DNA of 64,000 nucleotides from Eledone cirrhosa (GCA_964016885.1 OZ024743.1:82336001-82400000); one strand, 5' to 3'; shown: positions 1 to 14,298, numbered from the stretch's first letter. A program made the numbers and translations. Notes: generated by a model not told the origin, from the sequence alone.

Positions 1-71
1 TCATACGTATGTGGTGTGTGAGCTTGTGATGGGTGAGGTCCTATTTGTAGGCAGATATATATAGCTATTGG

Positions 72-162
<91 letters not shown>

Positions 163-168
163 TTATAT

Positions 169-277
<109 letters not shown>

Positions 278-285
278 ATATATAT

Positions 286-380
286 AATTGTTTCTATGTT
301 TGGCACAAGGCCAGCAATTACCCAGTGCATTACTGGTACTTTATTTTATCGACCCTGTAAGGATGAAAGGCAAAGTTAAC
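286..380 (-). mobile_element. tRNA-derived SINE family 1, 3' half
   Basis: ggcacaaggccagcaatt...tactggtactttattttatcgacc...aaggatgaaaggcaaagttaacc, matching the other copies in the window. Confidence 0.85.
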
Positions 381-452
381 CATATAATATTCGAATTATT
401 ACATTAATTGTATTCGGTCAGGTAGAGCGATAACTTGTTAGTTATATATGTG

Positions 453-493
<41 letters not shown>

Positions 494-841
494 TGCAGGT
501 AAAAGAGTAAAATAATGTATATACATATACACACACACACGCAACACACATACATAAACACACACACGCACACACATATCTATATACAGACACATGCACT
601 CACACACACACACACACATATATATATGCGTCAGTATATTTATATATATATATGTAAATATTAGGGTTAAAAATACAGCAGTAAGTACCCCAACGTTCCA
701 ATAACCGCATACATTGTTATATATGTCAAGACAAATATTGAAGTACTCACACGTGCAAGAACAAAGAAGTAGTTCTCGACCTTAGTGTAAATATCTGTAC
801 CATTATATATATATATATATCTATCTATCTATATATATATA

Positions 842-912
<71 letters not shown>

Positions 913-1080
913 TATGAATAAAGAGTTCAAAACTCAGGCAGTCGTTTACAATGAAATAGCTCAAAGAAAGAAGTATTTCTGATATGTTGGTATCTGTGTT
1001 TATCATATATATTAATTTATATTATCTTGTATATATATATATATATATATATAAATAGAGGTGTGACACACGAGTTGTGA

Positions 1081-1437
1081 TATATTAGTAAAAAGGAAAA
1101 GGAAATGATGACACATTTTTCGCAGTGAAAAATAGTTTAATTAGGAATAAGTATAAATTAGTAATAAGTATTGGTTAGTATTCAGTTTTAGTTTTAAGTT
1201 TTTACCGGTTGCGCATTTCTAATGTTTTTCAATAGTAATTTTGAGATAGAGCGCTCGTGATGTTTGCTTAGAGCGCTCTATCTCAAAATTATTTTTGAAA
1301 AGCATTAGAAATGCGCAACCGGTAAAAACTTAAAACTAAAACTGAATACTAACCAATACTTATTACTAATTTATACTTATTCCTAATTAAACTATTTTTC
1401 ACTGGGAAAAATTTGTCAGCATTTCCTTTTCCTTTTA

Positions 1438-1446
<9 letters not shown>
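1081..1446. repeat. ~176-bp-arm inverted repeat (fold-back element) in (TA)n
   Basis: 1081-1256 is the reverse complement of 1271-1446 with few mismatches; 14-nt loop; degenerate GAAA-TGCGCA hammerhead-like half near 1308-1317. Confidence 0.9.
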
Positions 1447-1470
<24 letters not shown>

Positions 1471-1472
<2 letters not shown>

Positions 1473-1645
1473 TTAATATAGATGAGATTCTACAGGACTA
1501 GAACTGTTTCATTCTTGAGAAATCATCAGGAATCTCGAGAGATTCCTGATGATTTCTCATCTATATTAAAACTTTTATTCTCTGCTATGTATTGAGTACC
1601 TTACTTACTGTGGTTACCTCCGATTCAACCCAGAATAACTTATAA
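1471..1645. mobile_element. Family A Penelope-like pLTR remnant, fold-back
   Basis: Inverted arms turning at aatctc-gagagatt; 3' end tattgagtaccttacttactgtggttacctccgattcaacc shared with ~9 other copies. Confidence 0.75.
1484..1536 (-). ncRNA. Type I hammerhead ribozyme (family A)
   Basis: gagattc-CTGATGA-tttctcaagaat-GAAA-CAG ttctagtc CTG-TA-gaatctc: 7-bp stem I, ACAG/CTGT stem III, GUA triplet. Confidence 0.8.
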
Positions 1646-1846
1646 TATTTGATATATCTCATATGAAATGATACAGCCAATTTTCCACACAATACAATTA
1701 GTTAGCACCCCGAACGTTTAATTAGGAATATACTCAGGTATTTCCTAATGTTTGTTGAGTGAGTTGGAATTTGGCCGGAGTTTCGCTATTAGCTCTCTCC
1801 GATTATGTTTATATATATATATATATAAATATATATATATATAAAT

Positions 1847-2486
1847 ATACAATATTAAATAAATGGAAAACTATATTTATAAAACCATATTTATTTCATT
1901 ATATATATTTCGGGGATATCATATTAACAATATGCTATGCCTTCATCAGACAAAATACAATATAAACAGTTTTATAGATAAATATATTCGACATACCGTA
2001 ATAAACATCAACTTCATTTGAAGAGGTTTACGCTAGCAGTGAAAATACAGAGAGAAAGAAAGAGAGAAAGAAGAGAGGGAAAAAAGAAAGAAAGAAAGAC
2101 AAAACGAAGAAAAGGAAGAAAAAGAAGAAAAAGAAAAAGAAGAAATGCATGGAACAAAATAGAGAGATGGAAAAATAGATAAAGCGAAGAGCTTCATGTA
2201 AAGAGACAGAAAGAGATACATATATATAGAGAGAGAGGAAATAGAGATAGATACATATATATATATAGAAAATTAAACTGTTTATATTGTATTTTGTCTG
2301 ATGAAGGCATAGCATATTGTTAATATGATATCCCCGAAATATATATAATGAAATAAATATGGTTTTATAAATATAGTTTTCCATTTATTTAATATTGTAA
2401 ATATACTCCAAATATTTGTCGAGTGCTTTTATATCAGTTATAAATATTTACTAGTTGTAACCCAACAATTTTAAATATAACTTTAC
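1847..2486. mobile_element. Family D Penelope-like remnant, two inverted arms (~1847-1975 and ~2275-2400) each with a hammerhead motif
   Basis: tattttgtCTGATGAaggcatagcatattgttaatatgatatccccGAAAtatatataatgaaata at ~2290-2355 and its reverse complement at ~1895-1960. Confidence 0.75.
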
Positions 2487-2508
2487 ATATATATAAATAT
2501 ATATATAT

Positions 2509-2622
2509 AAACGGAAAAAATGAAACCAAATTTCATTTCTCACTCTTAGTACGGCTGTTACTTAAATATAAGAATGTATACATACATACATATATGTATA
2601 CAGACGTACAGTAGTATGTATA

Positions 2623-2682
<60 letters not shown>

Positions 2683-3214
2683 TATATGTACGTATGGATT
2701 CACCGAACATTTATTATAATGCTCGGTGTGTTTGTAAACAAACATCCCGAATTAAGCCGTACAGTGTCTAGTAACCATCGTTGCTCATTTGTTCAACACT
2801 GACAAAGGAACGCTCTACTAGTTTCAAGCTTATTAGCTATCGTCAGCAACGTATACCTTCCTGCCAGATGGTTGAACGTCTGAAAGTATATACTTTCCTT
2901 ATGCATATTAACAGCTGAACACCGTAATTTGCATATCGAGTGAGTTAATCGGCCGGGGTACCGAAAACGATAAACGGAAAAAATGAAACGAAATTTCATT
3001 TCTCACTCTTAGTACGGCTGTTTCTTAAATATAAGTATGTATACGTACATACATATATGTATACAGACGTACAGTAGTATGTATGTATATATATATATAT
3101 ATATATATACATACAAGCACAGATATATATATGTACGTATGGATCCACCGAACATTTATTATAATGCTCGGTGTGTTTGTAAACAAACATCCCGAATTAA
3201 GCTGTACAGTATTA

Positions 3215-3305
<91 letters not shown>

Positions 3306-3757
3306 TTATATATATATATATATATACATACATGCACACATATATATATGTACGTATGGATTCACCGAACATTTATTATAATGCTCGGTGTGTTTGTAAA
3401 CAACATCCCGAATTAAGCCGTACAGTGTCTAGCAACCATCGTTGCTCATTTGTTCAACACTGACACAGGAATGATGTACTAGTTTCAAGCTTATTAGCTA
3501 TCGTCAGCATCGTATACCTTCCTGCCAGATGGTTGAACGTCTGAAAGTATATACTTTCCTTATGCATATTAACGGCTGAGCAGCCTAATTTGCATATCGA
3601 GTGAGTTCAGTCGGCCGGGCACACCGAAAACGATAATTGGAATAGAATGAAACGAAATTACATATATGTATGTACGTATACATACATACATACTTACATT
3701 TAAGTAAGTGCCGTACTAAGAGTGAGAAATGAAATTTCGTTCATTCTATTCCATTTA
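2509..3757 (-). mobile_element. Family I Penelope-like partial-tandem repeat (~460-bp unit, ~2.5 copies) with inverted tail
   Basis: Direct repeats at ~2509-2970, ~2972-3210 and ~3340-3660; inverted copy of the aaatttcatttctcactcttagtacgg segment at ~3700-3757. Confidence 0.75.
3473..3511 (-). ncRNA. Type I minimal hammerhead (family I); second copy at ~2813-2851
   Basis: gatg-CTGACGA-tagctaataagctt-GAAA-CTAG-TA-catc; palindromic stem III ACTAGT. Confidence 0.8.
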
Positions 3758-3778
3758 TATATATATATATGTATATAT

Positions 3779-3919
3779 AATTATTTCTACTTTTTGGCAC
3801 AAGACCATCAATTATCCCAGTGTATTACTGGTACTTTATTTTATCGACCCCGTAAGGATGAAAGGCAAAGTTAACCTCGGCGGAATTTGAACTCTACCGA
3901 TACTGCTAATCCACCGCCC
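3779..3919 (-). mobile_element. SINE family 1, internally deleted
   Basis: Family 1 body plus reverse-complemented B box (tttgaactc). Confidence 0.85.
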
Positions 3920-4306
3920 TATATATATAATGGAGTGAAGAATAACACTGATCGGATATACAGTAGGGTTTATTCCAAGTATTAACAAATATTTCATTGG
4001 TCCGGTGTCTCTAAGAACCGCTACCCACAGTGTGCCGCGGCACTCGATTTTAATTACAATTTACACCAACCAAATTCTCAAAAAACTATTTTTTTTTTTT
4101 TAGAATTTGATTCGTGTAAATTAATTAAAAGCGGTTTTATTAATACTCCAGGAACCGCTTACCTCGGAGCTGTCTGGAATTGGCCACCCGAACACCACAA
4201 CTAGGTAAACATGTTGTTGAGTCAAACAACCCCGAACGTTAGAACTATCCTCGATACAGAGTACTTATAACTTCTACTTGGATTGCCTTAAACTATACCT
4301 CGTTAA

Positions 4307-4379
<73 letters not shown>

Positions 4380-4489
4380 TGTACGGTGTGTTATTGAACC
4401 TCCGTCGATTTCGACGACGAGTGTTTCAGTTTTTCCATCAACGGAACAGCCTGATTCTGAAACTAATGTGCATGTGGATGAGACTCATG

Positions 4490-4774
4490 CAGGACCTGAT
4501 TTAATGCGGGATAAAGGGGACACTTGCCCTGGGCCCCTACCAGCGACGGCCGTAGCAACCTATATGTGCCCTCAACTAGGCTTTTTAGTGTTTGGTTGGT
4601 TAGAATTTTTGAATTTAATACCTGTATGTATAACTTTTCAATTTCAATTACTTGTGCCAAGATAACTTTGATATGTAAAATTGGGGGTTTTGTCGTTATT
4701 CTAATTTTTTTTTTGTATGAGCACCCCCACAACCTGAAGTGGCCCGGGTCCCACAAGGTCTAAATCTAACCCAG
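4490..4774. mobile_element. Degenerate hAT-type MITE
   Basis: Ends caggacctgattta ... taaatctaacccag resemble CAGGGCCGGATTTA-type TIRs; GC-rich gggccc subtermini; no TSD seen. Confidence 0.4.
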
Positions 4775-5240
4775 GGAACGTACCTTAACGTCATTCTCGG
4801 AGATAATCAGTGTGACTATGTTGGACTTTTGAATACTGCAGACTACCTATTATAGTGTAACTAGCTGAGTATTGCACATACACGTGTAGTCTTTAGGTAC
4901 ATTTCAGGCACAACCAATATGACATAGTAACAAGATCGGTCCTTCCAATTACAGGTACAGTCCATCTGATGGGTTTCCAAAGTGTTTCTGTCTACACAAT
5001 TTCACTCACAAGACATGGGGTAAACCTGTGGCTTCTGTAGATTACATATGCCCACCATTCCACCTACTGAAATCGAATTCCGGTCCTAATGATTGCGAAG
5101 CGGGCTCCATAACCATTCGGTCATTTTGTGTTCAGGTCGATAGAATACAGTACCAGTATATGGTGGTGGATTGGTGGAATTAGGAGAAAACATCTTCCTG
5201 TACTTGTTTTTTCTTTTTGAGTCCTGAGTTTGATACCACA

Positions 5241-6035
5241 ACCTCCTGGTCCTTGAGTAGTAGACTTAATGTGTTGTCTAGTTTAACACCACCTCCTGGT
5301 CCTTGAGTAGTAGACTTAATGTGTTGTCTAGTTTAACACAACCTCCTGATCCTTGAGTAGTAAACTTAATGTGTTGTCTAGTTTGACATAAACTCCTGAT
5401 CCTTGAGTAGTAGACTTAATGTGTTGCCCAGTTTAACATAAACTCCTGATCCTTGAGTAGTAGACTTAATGTGTTGCCCAGTTTAACACCACCTCCTGAT
5501 CCTTGAGTAGTAGACTTAATGTGTTGCCCAGTTTAACACCACCCTCTGATCCTTGTGTAGTAGACTTAATGTGTTGCCCAGTTTAACACCACCCTCTGAT
5601 CCTTGAGTAGTAAACTTAATGTGTTGCCCAGTTTAACACCACCCTCTGATCCTTGAGTAGTAAACTTAATGTGTTGCCCAGTTTAACACCACCTTCTGGT
5701 CCTTGAGTAGTAGACTTAATGTGTTGCCCAGTTTAACACAAACTCCTGATCCTTGAGTAGTAGACTTAATGTGTTGTCTAGTTTAACACCACCTTCTGGT
5801 CCTTGAGTAGTAGACTTAATGTGTTGCCCAGTTTAACACCACCTCCTGATCCTTGAGTAGTAAACTTAATGTGTTGCCCAGTTTAACACCACCCTCTGAT
5901 CCTTGAGTAGTAGACTTAATGTGTTGCCCAGTTTAACACCACCTTCTGGTCCTTGAGTAGTAGACTTAATGTGTTGCCCAGTTTAACACAAACTCCTGAT
6001 CCTTGAGTAGTAGACTTAATGTGTTGCCCAGTTTA
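5241..6035. repeat. 50-bp minisatellite, ~16 copies
   Basis: acctcctgatccttgagtagtagacttaatgtgttgcccagtttaacacc at an exact 50-bp period. Confidence 0.95.
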
Positions 6036-6324
6036 ATGTCACCAAAAACCTGGTTATTTGAAACCATTTGCAGGGGTCTACTGTATAATAATTCGGGTCA
6101 GATCTCCGATTCTGTAGATAACTTCTGCTCTCCGTCCCACGAATCTGAAGTCCAGAATAAAAACAGGGTCAGGCAGTGTGTTTACTTTCCCCTCACTAGC
6201 TAAGACCTTAAATTAATGTAATGGAGTCGATAAAGTTGTTTAGCTCCTTCTCGGATTCGTGTTATTCTGCAATTGTTATTATATTATTATTGTTGTTGTT
6301 ATTGTTGTATTATTTCGCGCTGAA

Positions 6325-6450
6325 ATCATCTTTACCTTTCATCCTTCAGGGGTTGATAAAATAAAGTACCTGACAAGTACTAGGTCTATATAATCGACTT
6401 CCCTTCCCTAAATTGCTGGTCTTGTACCTAAATTAGAAACCATTATTATT
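6325..6450 (+). mobile_element. Diverged SINE family 1, 3' part
   Basis: tttacctttcatccttcaggggttgataaaataaagtacc...aattgctggtcttgtacctaaattagaaacc. Confidence 0.7.
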
Positions 6451-6734
6451 TGGCCCCAAGACATATGTGTAATTGCTTCACAAATTATTACAAAACTTAT
6501 TTTCCTAAAATTAAAGGGACTTTTTGTTGATGTTGTTTTTTTTAATGTTTGTTGATGAAAGAATCTAAATTAAAATCGAAAGTAATTTAAACAAAAGACT
6601 AAAGCAATTAAAATTCTGCCGCTTGGAATTGGGATTAAACTAAATAATTAAAAATAATAATTAATCAAAAGGTGTCGCCACCGTATATATTGAAATATTA
6701 AATTTCTTTTTTTTTTTTTTTTGTACTCCATTAC

Positions 6735-7625
6735 GAGTGGCTTAGTGGTTGGTGTATTTAGGTCAGGATCTTGAGTTCGAGTCCCGGCGGCGATATAAGT
6801 CATTGAAGAAGACCCTTAATTTAAAGTTGCTCAGTTCACTCAGCTGGAAAAAATAAGTTATACCAGTAATTCAAAGGGGCAGTCTTGTTCCATACTCAAT
6901 CACGCTGAATCACTCTGAGAATTATGTTATGGGTAAATAACTTACACTATTGAACAAGGTGGGCAGAGCCTGTAATTCAATGGACCAAACTTGTCACATA
7001 CTGTGTCACGACGAATCTCCCTGAGAACTAGGGTATACGTGTTTATAGAATTCTCCGACACAGTTAAGAATACATGTAATTGTGGAATGCTCAGCCATTT
7101 GCACATTAATTTCACGAGTATGTTCTTCCATTGATGAAATAGCTGGAAAACTCGTCGTTGGGTTTAGAAGGCTCATAAGGCTGTGGCCATGCTAGGGCAT
7201 CACTGTAAAGTGTAGGGTAGTCCTATACTTAATGTTTTAGTGCCAGTATGTGAAATATTGAGTCTAACCAAAGCTTGGGTAGACAGAAACTGTTTGGAAG
7301 CCCGTCAAATGGGTTGTATCTAAGAAAAACAAAAACAATTTTGTCATATGACATGATGAATCTCCCTGAGGGCTTAACAAGTTTATGTGGGTCACCAGGC
7401 TGATAAACTCATGGGAGCCCTTGCTTAGTTTATGGGAAGAATAAATGAATTTGTGCCCTTTTAATATTGTAGGCTACATCCTATTTCCGCCCTGATCCCA
7501 TATCCGCCACTGGTTAAGGGTGCACGTGTCTGTGGAATACTCAGCCACATACACATTAATTTGATTTGCAGGCTGTTTCGTTGAACGAACAAAGGAGTAC
7601 TCATCGTCGAAACCAACGGAGGTCC
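6735..7625 (+). mobile_element. Cluster of diverged CORE-type SINE fragments
   Basis: A box tggcttagtggtt, B box gagttcgagtcc; repeated tail pieces gaatctccctgagaac / tgtggaatgctcagcca...cacattaattt. Confidence 0.6.
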
Positions 7626-7696
7626 ATTTATTTTTAAAGAATGAACTCAACTGTTACAGGAATATACAAACTGCGTTGCTGGCCCCTACACAAAGG

Positions 7697-9005
7697 CACA
7701 CACACACACTGACAGTGACACACACACACTGACTGTGACACACACACACTGACTGTGACACACACACACTGACAGTGACACATACACACACTGACTGTGA
7801 CACACACACACAGTGACAGTGACACATACACACTGACAGTGACACACACACACTGACAGTGGCACACACACACTGACAGTGACACACACACACTGACAGT
7901 GACACATACACACACTGACAGTAACACACTGACAGTAACACACACACACACACTGACAGTGACACACACACACTGACTGTGACACACACACACTGACACT
8001 GACACACACACACTGACAGTGACACACACACACTGACAGTGACACACACACACTGACAGTGACACACACACACTGACAGTGACACACACACACTGACAGT
8101 GACACACACACACTGACAGTGACACATACACACTGACAGTGACACACACACACTGACAGTGACACACACACACTGACTGTGACACACACACACTGACTGT
8201 GACACACACACACTGACAGTGACACATACACACACTGACTGTGACACACACACACTGACAGTGACACATACACACTGACAGTGACACACACACACTGACA
8301 GTGACACACACACACTGACAGTGACACACACACACTGACAGTGACACACACACACTGACTGTGACACACACACACTGACTGTGACACACACACACTGACA
8401 GTGACACATACACACTGACAGTGACACACACACACTGACAGTGACACACACACACTGACAGTGACACACACACACTGACAGTGACACATACACACTGACA
8501 GTGACACGCACACACTGACAGTGACACACACACACTGACAGTGACACACACACACTGACAGTGACACACACACACTGACTGTGACACACACACACTGACT
8601 GTGACACACACACACTGACAGTGACACATACACACTGACAGTGACACACACACACTGACAGTGACACACACACACTGACAGTGACACACACACACTGACA
8701 GTGACACATACACACACTGACAGTAACACACACACACACACTGACAGTGACACATACACACACTGACTGTGACACACACACACTGACAGTGACACACACA
8801 CACTGACAGTGACACATACACACTGACAGTGACACACACACACCGACAGTGACACACACACACTGACAGTGACACACACACACTGACAGTGACACACACA
8901 CACACTGACAGTGACACACACACATTGACTGTGACACACACACTGACTGTGACACACACACACTGACAGTAACACACACACACACACACTGACAGTGACA
9001 CACAC
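7697..9005. repeat. ~20-bp satellite (gacacacacacactgacagt)n, ~65 copies
   Basis: Direct reading; each unit has the dyad CACTG-A-CAGTG. Confidence 0.95.
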
Positions 9006-9074
9006 ACAACACACAAGGTAATACATACACACATACTTAAACTGCAAGGCAACGGCACTCTCATATATAAACAC

Positions 9075-9259
9075 ACCGACACACACACAGCCAGACACAC
9101 ACAACCAGACACACACACACAGCCAGACACACACACACACACAGCCAGACACACACACACACAGCCAGACACACACACAACCAGCCAAACACACACAGCC
9201 ACACACACACATCCAGACACACACACACACAGCCAGACACACACACACACACACAGCTA

Positions 9260-9326
<67 letters not shown>

Positions 9327-9395
9327 CCAGACACACACATCCAGACACACACACAGCCAGACACACACACACACACAGACATCCAGACACACACA
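9075..9395. repeat. (CA)n punctuated by agccagac
   Basis: Direct reading. Confidence 0.9.
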
Positions 9396-9477
9396 CATAA
9401 ACAGAAAACCTTTACCAGCGGAATGAGAAGAAGCAGCAGGCACACATACCACTACTCATTTCATTCCATCACACGAC

Positions 9478-9805
9478 AACACCACCACCACCACCAGTAC
9501 TACCATTACCACCACCACTACCACCACCACCACCACCACCACCAGTACTACCACAACCACCACCACTACCACCACCACCAGTACTACCACTACCACCACC
9601 ACTACCACCACCACCACAACCATCACCAGTACTACCACTACCACCACCACCACCAACACAACCATCACCAGTACTACCCCTACCACCACCACCACCACCA
9701 GTACTACCACTACCACCACCAGTACTACCACCAACACCACCAACACCACCCCATCACCACTACTAATACCAGCACCACCACCAGTACTACCACCACCACC
9801 ACCAC
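9478..9805. repeat. (CAC)n-derived trinucleotide repeat
   Basis: Direct reading. Confidence 0.9.
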
Positions 9806-10071
9806 TTCATGACCAACATCACATCTACGTGGTCACTGGTTCTGCTAGAAATAGCAATCATATGACCCTCAAATCACACCATACCGTGTTAAAATATAGG
9901 ACATGTTTGATAACATAGAACGATGTACATTATATACCAATGTGTGTATGTATATATATATATATATATATATATTTAAGTGTGTGTGTGTGTGTATGTG
10001 TGTGTGTGTTTATTGGGAGGAGTACAGTTACGAAAGGTGTTAGGTATTAGGTTCACGCTTATATATATACA

Positions 10072-10230
10072 TTAACGGGATCTTCTGAAGGGTGAAAGCA
10101 GCGATTCTTTGCTTAAACTTTAATCTTTTATTTAAATAAATATTTGCTCTACGGTTCTTATATATTTGATATATATTTATCCTTATCGAGCCCTCTTTGG
10201 ATTTTAGTCTTCAAATTTATCATTATTACT
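10072..10230 (+). mobile_element. Family G Penelope-like remnant
   Basis: Near-identical to the reverse complement of 39410-39560; hammerhead 3' half GAAAgca...tgctt. Confidence 0.7.
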
Positions 10231-10782
10231 ATATATATATATATATATATTTCTCTTCCCTTGCTGCTATCGTCTTTCTCTCTCCCCCTTCTCTCTCCTT
10301 CTCCCTCTTACTTTCATTCACCCCCTCTGCTAGTCACCCTCTCTCGGCTAGCCTTTTCCTCGCACTTTCACTCACTCACTCTCTGCTACTCACCCTCTCT
10401 CTCACTTCCTCCATCGTCCCTCACCGTACGCGATCTTTCCTCTCACATCCGTACGGCTAAGTTGTGTCTTTTCCTTCTCGTCAATATTCGCCCGTTCTTA
10501 TGTTCGAAATGAATTATTGACTTGATTTTTTCATTTTTTCCTCTCTTTACGTTGCCTCACATTTCATGTCTATTTACCTGTCTCTCTTTCTCCACCCAAC
10601 TCTTTTTTTATCCCAATAACTTATTTTAGTTATTGTATCTCCCTAGACAGAGGTATATTGTCTGTAATGCGAAGAAATACCTATGATGTCTAGTAGACAA
10701 CTGATGATGGATAATCCTGACTTCTATTTCTAATTCTTCATTTTTTAAACATAATTGCAACAACACAGCTCGCCATGTTTGA

Positions 10783-10850
<68 letters not shown>

Positions 10851-10853
<3 letters not shown>

Positions 10854-10942
10854 CGAAGTTGTGGTAAAGAACCAGATGGACCATAACGCACCTGAGTACT
10901 CAATACTTAGGTTAGTAGAGTGGGTAATAGGGAAATGTTTAA
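10851..10942 (-). mobile_element. Family B 3' end
   Basis: tgtggtaa..aaccagatggaccataacgcacc..agtactcaatacttagg; also at 20652, 31955, 35847, 37666, 41691, 43296, 49028. Confidence 0.8.
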
Positions 10943-10965
10943 CCATGTGTGTGTGTGAGAGAGAG

Positions 10966-11418
<453 letters not shown>

Positions 11419-12180
11419 TTCAATCTGTATCGATCTTACCCGACTCTGTAATGTGCAGCTCGACGGACCCCTTGAAATGCTAGTAGTTTGACAATATATA
11501 TATATTTCTGCATCAATTTAGCTCATTCGTTCTCTAAACCTTCAACGCAGTCAAACATACCCACCTGCACTCTGGATGTCTCTTTATTCCCATTTTTCCA
11601 CACCTCTCTCTGACACATACACATACATATATATATATAAATAAAATTAATCCTTCATCAGTGATTTTCCAACCTTCATTGGTATTTCATCGCTTTAAAA
11701 ATCATATACCTCTAGTTGGTGCGAGCAATAGCTAAATAAAGCTATTGGGACAAGTAATATAGCGTGAAGCGAGCGAGACTTGTAAACAAACAAAGATGGT
11801 ATTGCAACGGAAGATAGGAAGAAACAAGTACATGATATCTATAAGCTTAAGCTTGGTGAATTCATGGACGAGAGAGATATACAAACCATCCGACATGGGT
11901 GAGATGTGAGCGAGAAAAGGATTTCACACAGGTCAAACGAGAGGAAGTGAGAGGGGGAGAAGCAGAGAGTGAATGAGTGGAAGTGTGAGGAAGAGGCCAG
12001 TCGAGAGAGAGTGTGACTGAGAAGAAGGGGTAAAAGAAGGTGAGAGATACAGAGAGAGGGGGAAGCAGTAAGAAAGAAACAGACAATCGCAACTGAGGAA
12101 AAAATATAAATATGAGAAGAATGGAATGCTGCGTGATTGCACATGGGTTACATATGAATAAAATTAGTCCTTCATCAGTG

Positions 12181-12284
<104 letters not shown>

Positions 12285-12294
12285 ATATAGAAAT

Positions 12295-12346
12295 GGCTTC
12301 TACAGAACTAGAACTGTTTCATACGAAGGAAATCATCAGGAAAGCC
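12295..12346 (-). ncRNA. Type I hammerhead (family A)
   Basis: ggctttc-CTGATGA-tttccttcgtat-GAAA-cagttctagttctg-TA-gaagcc. Confidence 0.7.
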
Positions 12347-12614
12347 AACTTTCAATGTCATATGGTGGTATTTATACATTTACTGGTGGTAGGAGAAGGT
12401 GGTGATTGGGATGGAGGAAATCATTGTCTGATGGATTTAAAGAATGGAGGTCCTATGAAAAACTATACTTAGAGAAAAATACACAGTGATACAGAAATAT
12501 ACAAATGCAGGCACTCCTAATTTTTAAGGTTCATTTATTCTAGCAAAGAAAAGGTTTTCATTAAGTGGCTGTATTAACGTGCTCTGTTAAAGTCTGCAAA
12601 ATGGTCAGGTGTTT

Positions 12615-12670
<56 letters not shown>

Positions 12671-12990
12671 AGGATGAATATAAAATGAAAGTGCTTTTTT
12701 TAAAAAGGAATCTATTAGGTATTGACATATGTTTCTGTAACAGACGGAATACCTATGTATCGCTGCTTGCGTAATCATATAATGTTAGCAAGTATTCGAT
12801 AGCAAATGTATAATCAGTTGTCACTTCTTCAGAGATTTTGGATAAACTGGATAAAATCAGAAAAATTGAAGTATTTATATTAGTAATAGAGTATTTATAA
12901 CGTAATTTATAACGTAATTGAAGTATTTATATTAGTAATAAAGTATTTATAATGTAACGATATATTATCACTACATTATTGATAACCTGA

Positions 12991-13119
<129 letters not shown>

Positions 13120-13224
13120 CATACATACAAATACATACATGTATTTGTATGTATTCAGTACCTTACTAACTTTGATTTTGAAAGTAGGTTTATAATTATC
13201 AATCTTCATTATATTCTTGTAGCT

Positions 13225-13300
13225 GTCTCGGTGGCCCAGTTGGAGGAATCATAGACGGTGGTGATGTTGGTCTGAAGTTCGATCCTGATCGGGAGTAGGG
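13225..13300 (+). mobile_element. tRNA-derived SINE head (degenerate)
   Basis: A box tggcccagttgg, B box gttcgatcc; no intact cloverleaf. Confidence 0.45.
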
Positions 13301-13601
13301 TTCCTGGTAAACCTTTTCAGTTTTTTTTTTATTGGTTGTAAAATAAAAACTGAAAAACAGGTTGCATGTACCTCCTGAGAAGGATTGAATCCCAGATGAG
13401 GATCTTCCCAGTCTCTAGTTCCTACAGAGACAACTACTAAAATCTTATGAAAATCCATACTTATAAACCTACTTTCAAAATGTTCAAAACAAAGTGTTGT
13501 TGTGTCGTTCATGGCTTTCTTAATGTTATTGCTCCCACTCACAAAAGAACAACTACCTGTAACACACACATATATATATATATGTGTTACAAGTAGTTGT
13601 T

Positions 13602-13662
<61 letters not shown>

Positions 13663-13686
13663 CGTATATATAGAGAGAGAATCATT

Positions 13687-13965
13687 AGAACATCTGACTG
13701 ATAAAATGACAGAATGGAGAGGGCGTTTCCCTGGAGGACGACAAGGGAGACGCGCTGGAAAAGTCATTCCAGCTCGCGAGGCTCACACCTGCGACTGGCC
13801 AGCTCAGCGCCGATAGTGGTGAGTAGGGTGGTAGCCCTAGGGCCGAGGACACCAGAAGTCTCTACTGCCAAGGGAACAACCGCAAACCTATCGGAGAGCG
13901 ACCGGTATTTGAAGAGTTTGGCCTCCTCAGCCCGACGTGCAGCAGAACCTGGGTTAGTCGCAGTG
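13687..13965 (-). pseudogene. CRE-clade non-LTR retrotransposon 3' fragment (C-terminal RLE region)
   Basis: PGSAARRAEEAKLFKY...FAVVPLAVETSGVLGP...*LFQRVSLVVLQGNA matches the CRE pattern A..AE..K..KY / F.P.A.ET.G..G / QR.S.....GNA; in-frame stop at 13764-13766. Confidence 0.8.
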
Positions 13966-13986
13966 GTTACCCCGATTGAACTTGGG

Positions 13987-14032
<46 letters not shown>

Positions 14033-14033
<1 letters not shown>

Positions 14034-14092
14034 AGAAAAAGTAGGACCCCGACGGCTGAGCTCAAGCCGTTTCGACGGCTAATTATGGACTA
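14033..14092 (-). mobile_element. Family B fragment with hammerhead 3' half
   Basis: Minus strand agtcca...tagccgtcGAAAcggcttgagctcagccgTCggggtc. Confidence 0.7.
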
Positions 14093-14253
14093 AATTTTAG
14101 TTTCGTGGCGGCAAAGATGGCCAGCTCCTTCGGTGAGAAAACCAGATGTTAGGCTGTTATATATAAGGTATTGGTGAAGCCGAGATATTTGAAAAAGGTG
14201 CTATATGTGGGACACAGGTAGTTGTGAACCATACAGTTGTGCCACTGACTATA

Positions 14254-14298
<45 letters not shown>

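Noticed and set aside
5241-6035. CRISPR-like regular repeat (also 45326-45850, 52376-52572)
   Set aside because: Head-to-tail units without unique spacers; eukaryotic context; no cas genes
7634-9812. Cys-rich and poly-His ORFs
   Set aside because: Satellite translations, open in several frames
13225-13300. Possible tRNA gene
   Set aside because: A and B boxes present but no acceptor or anticodon stems; treated as a SINE head
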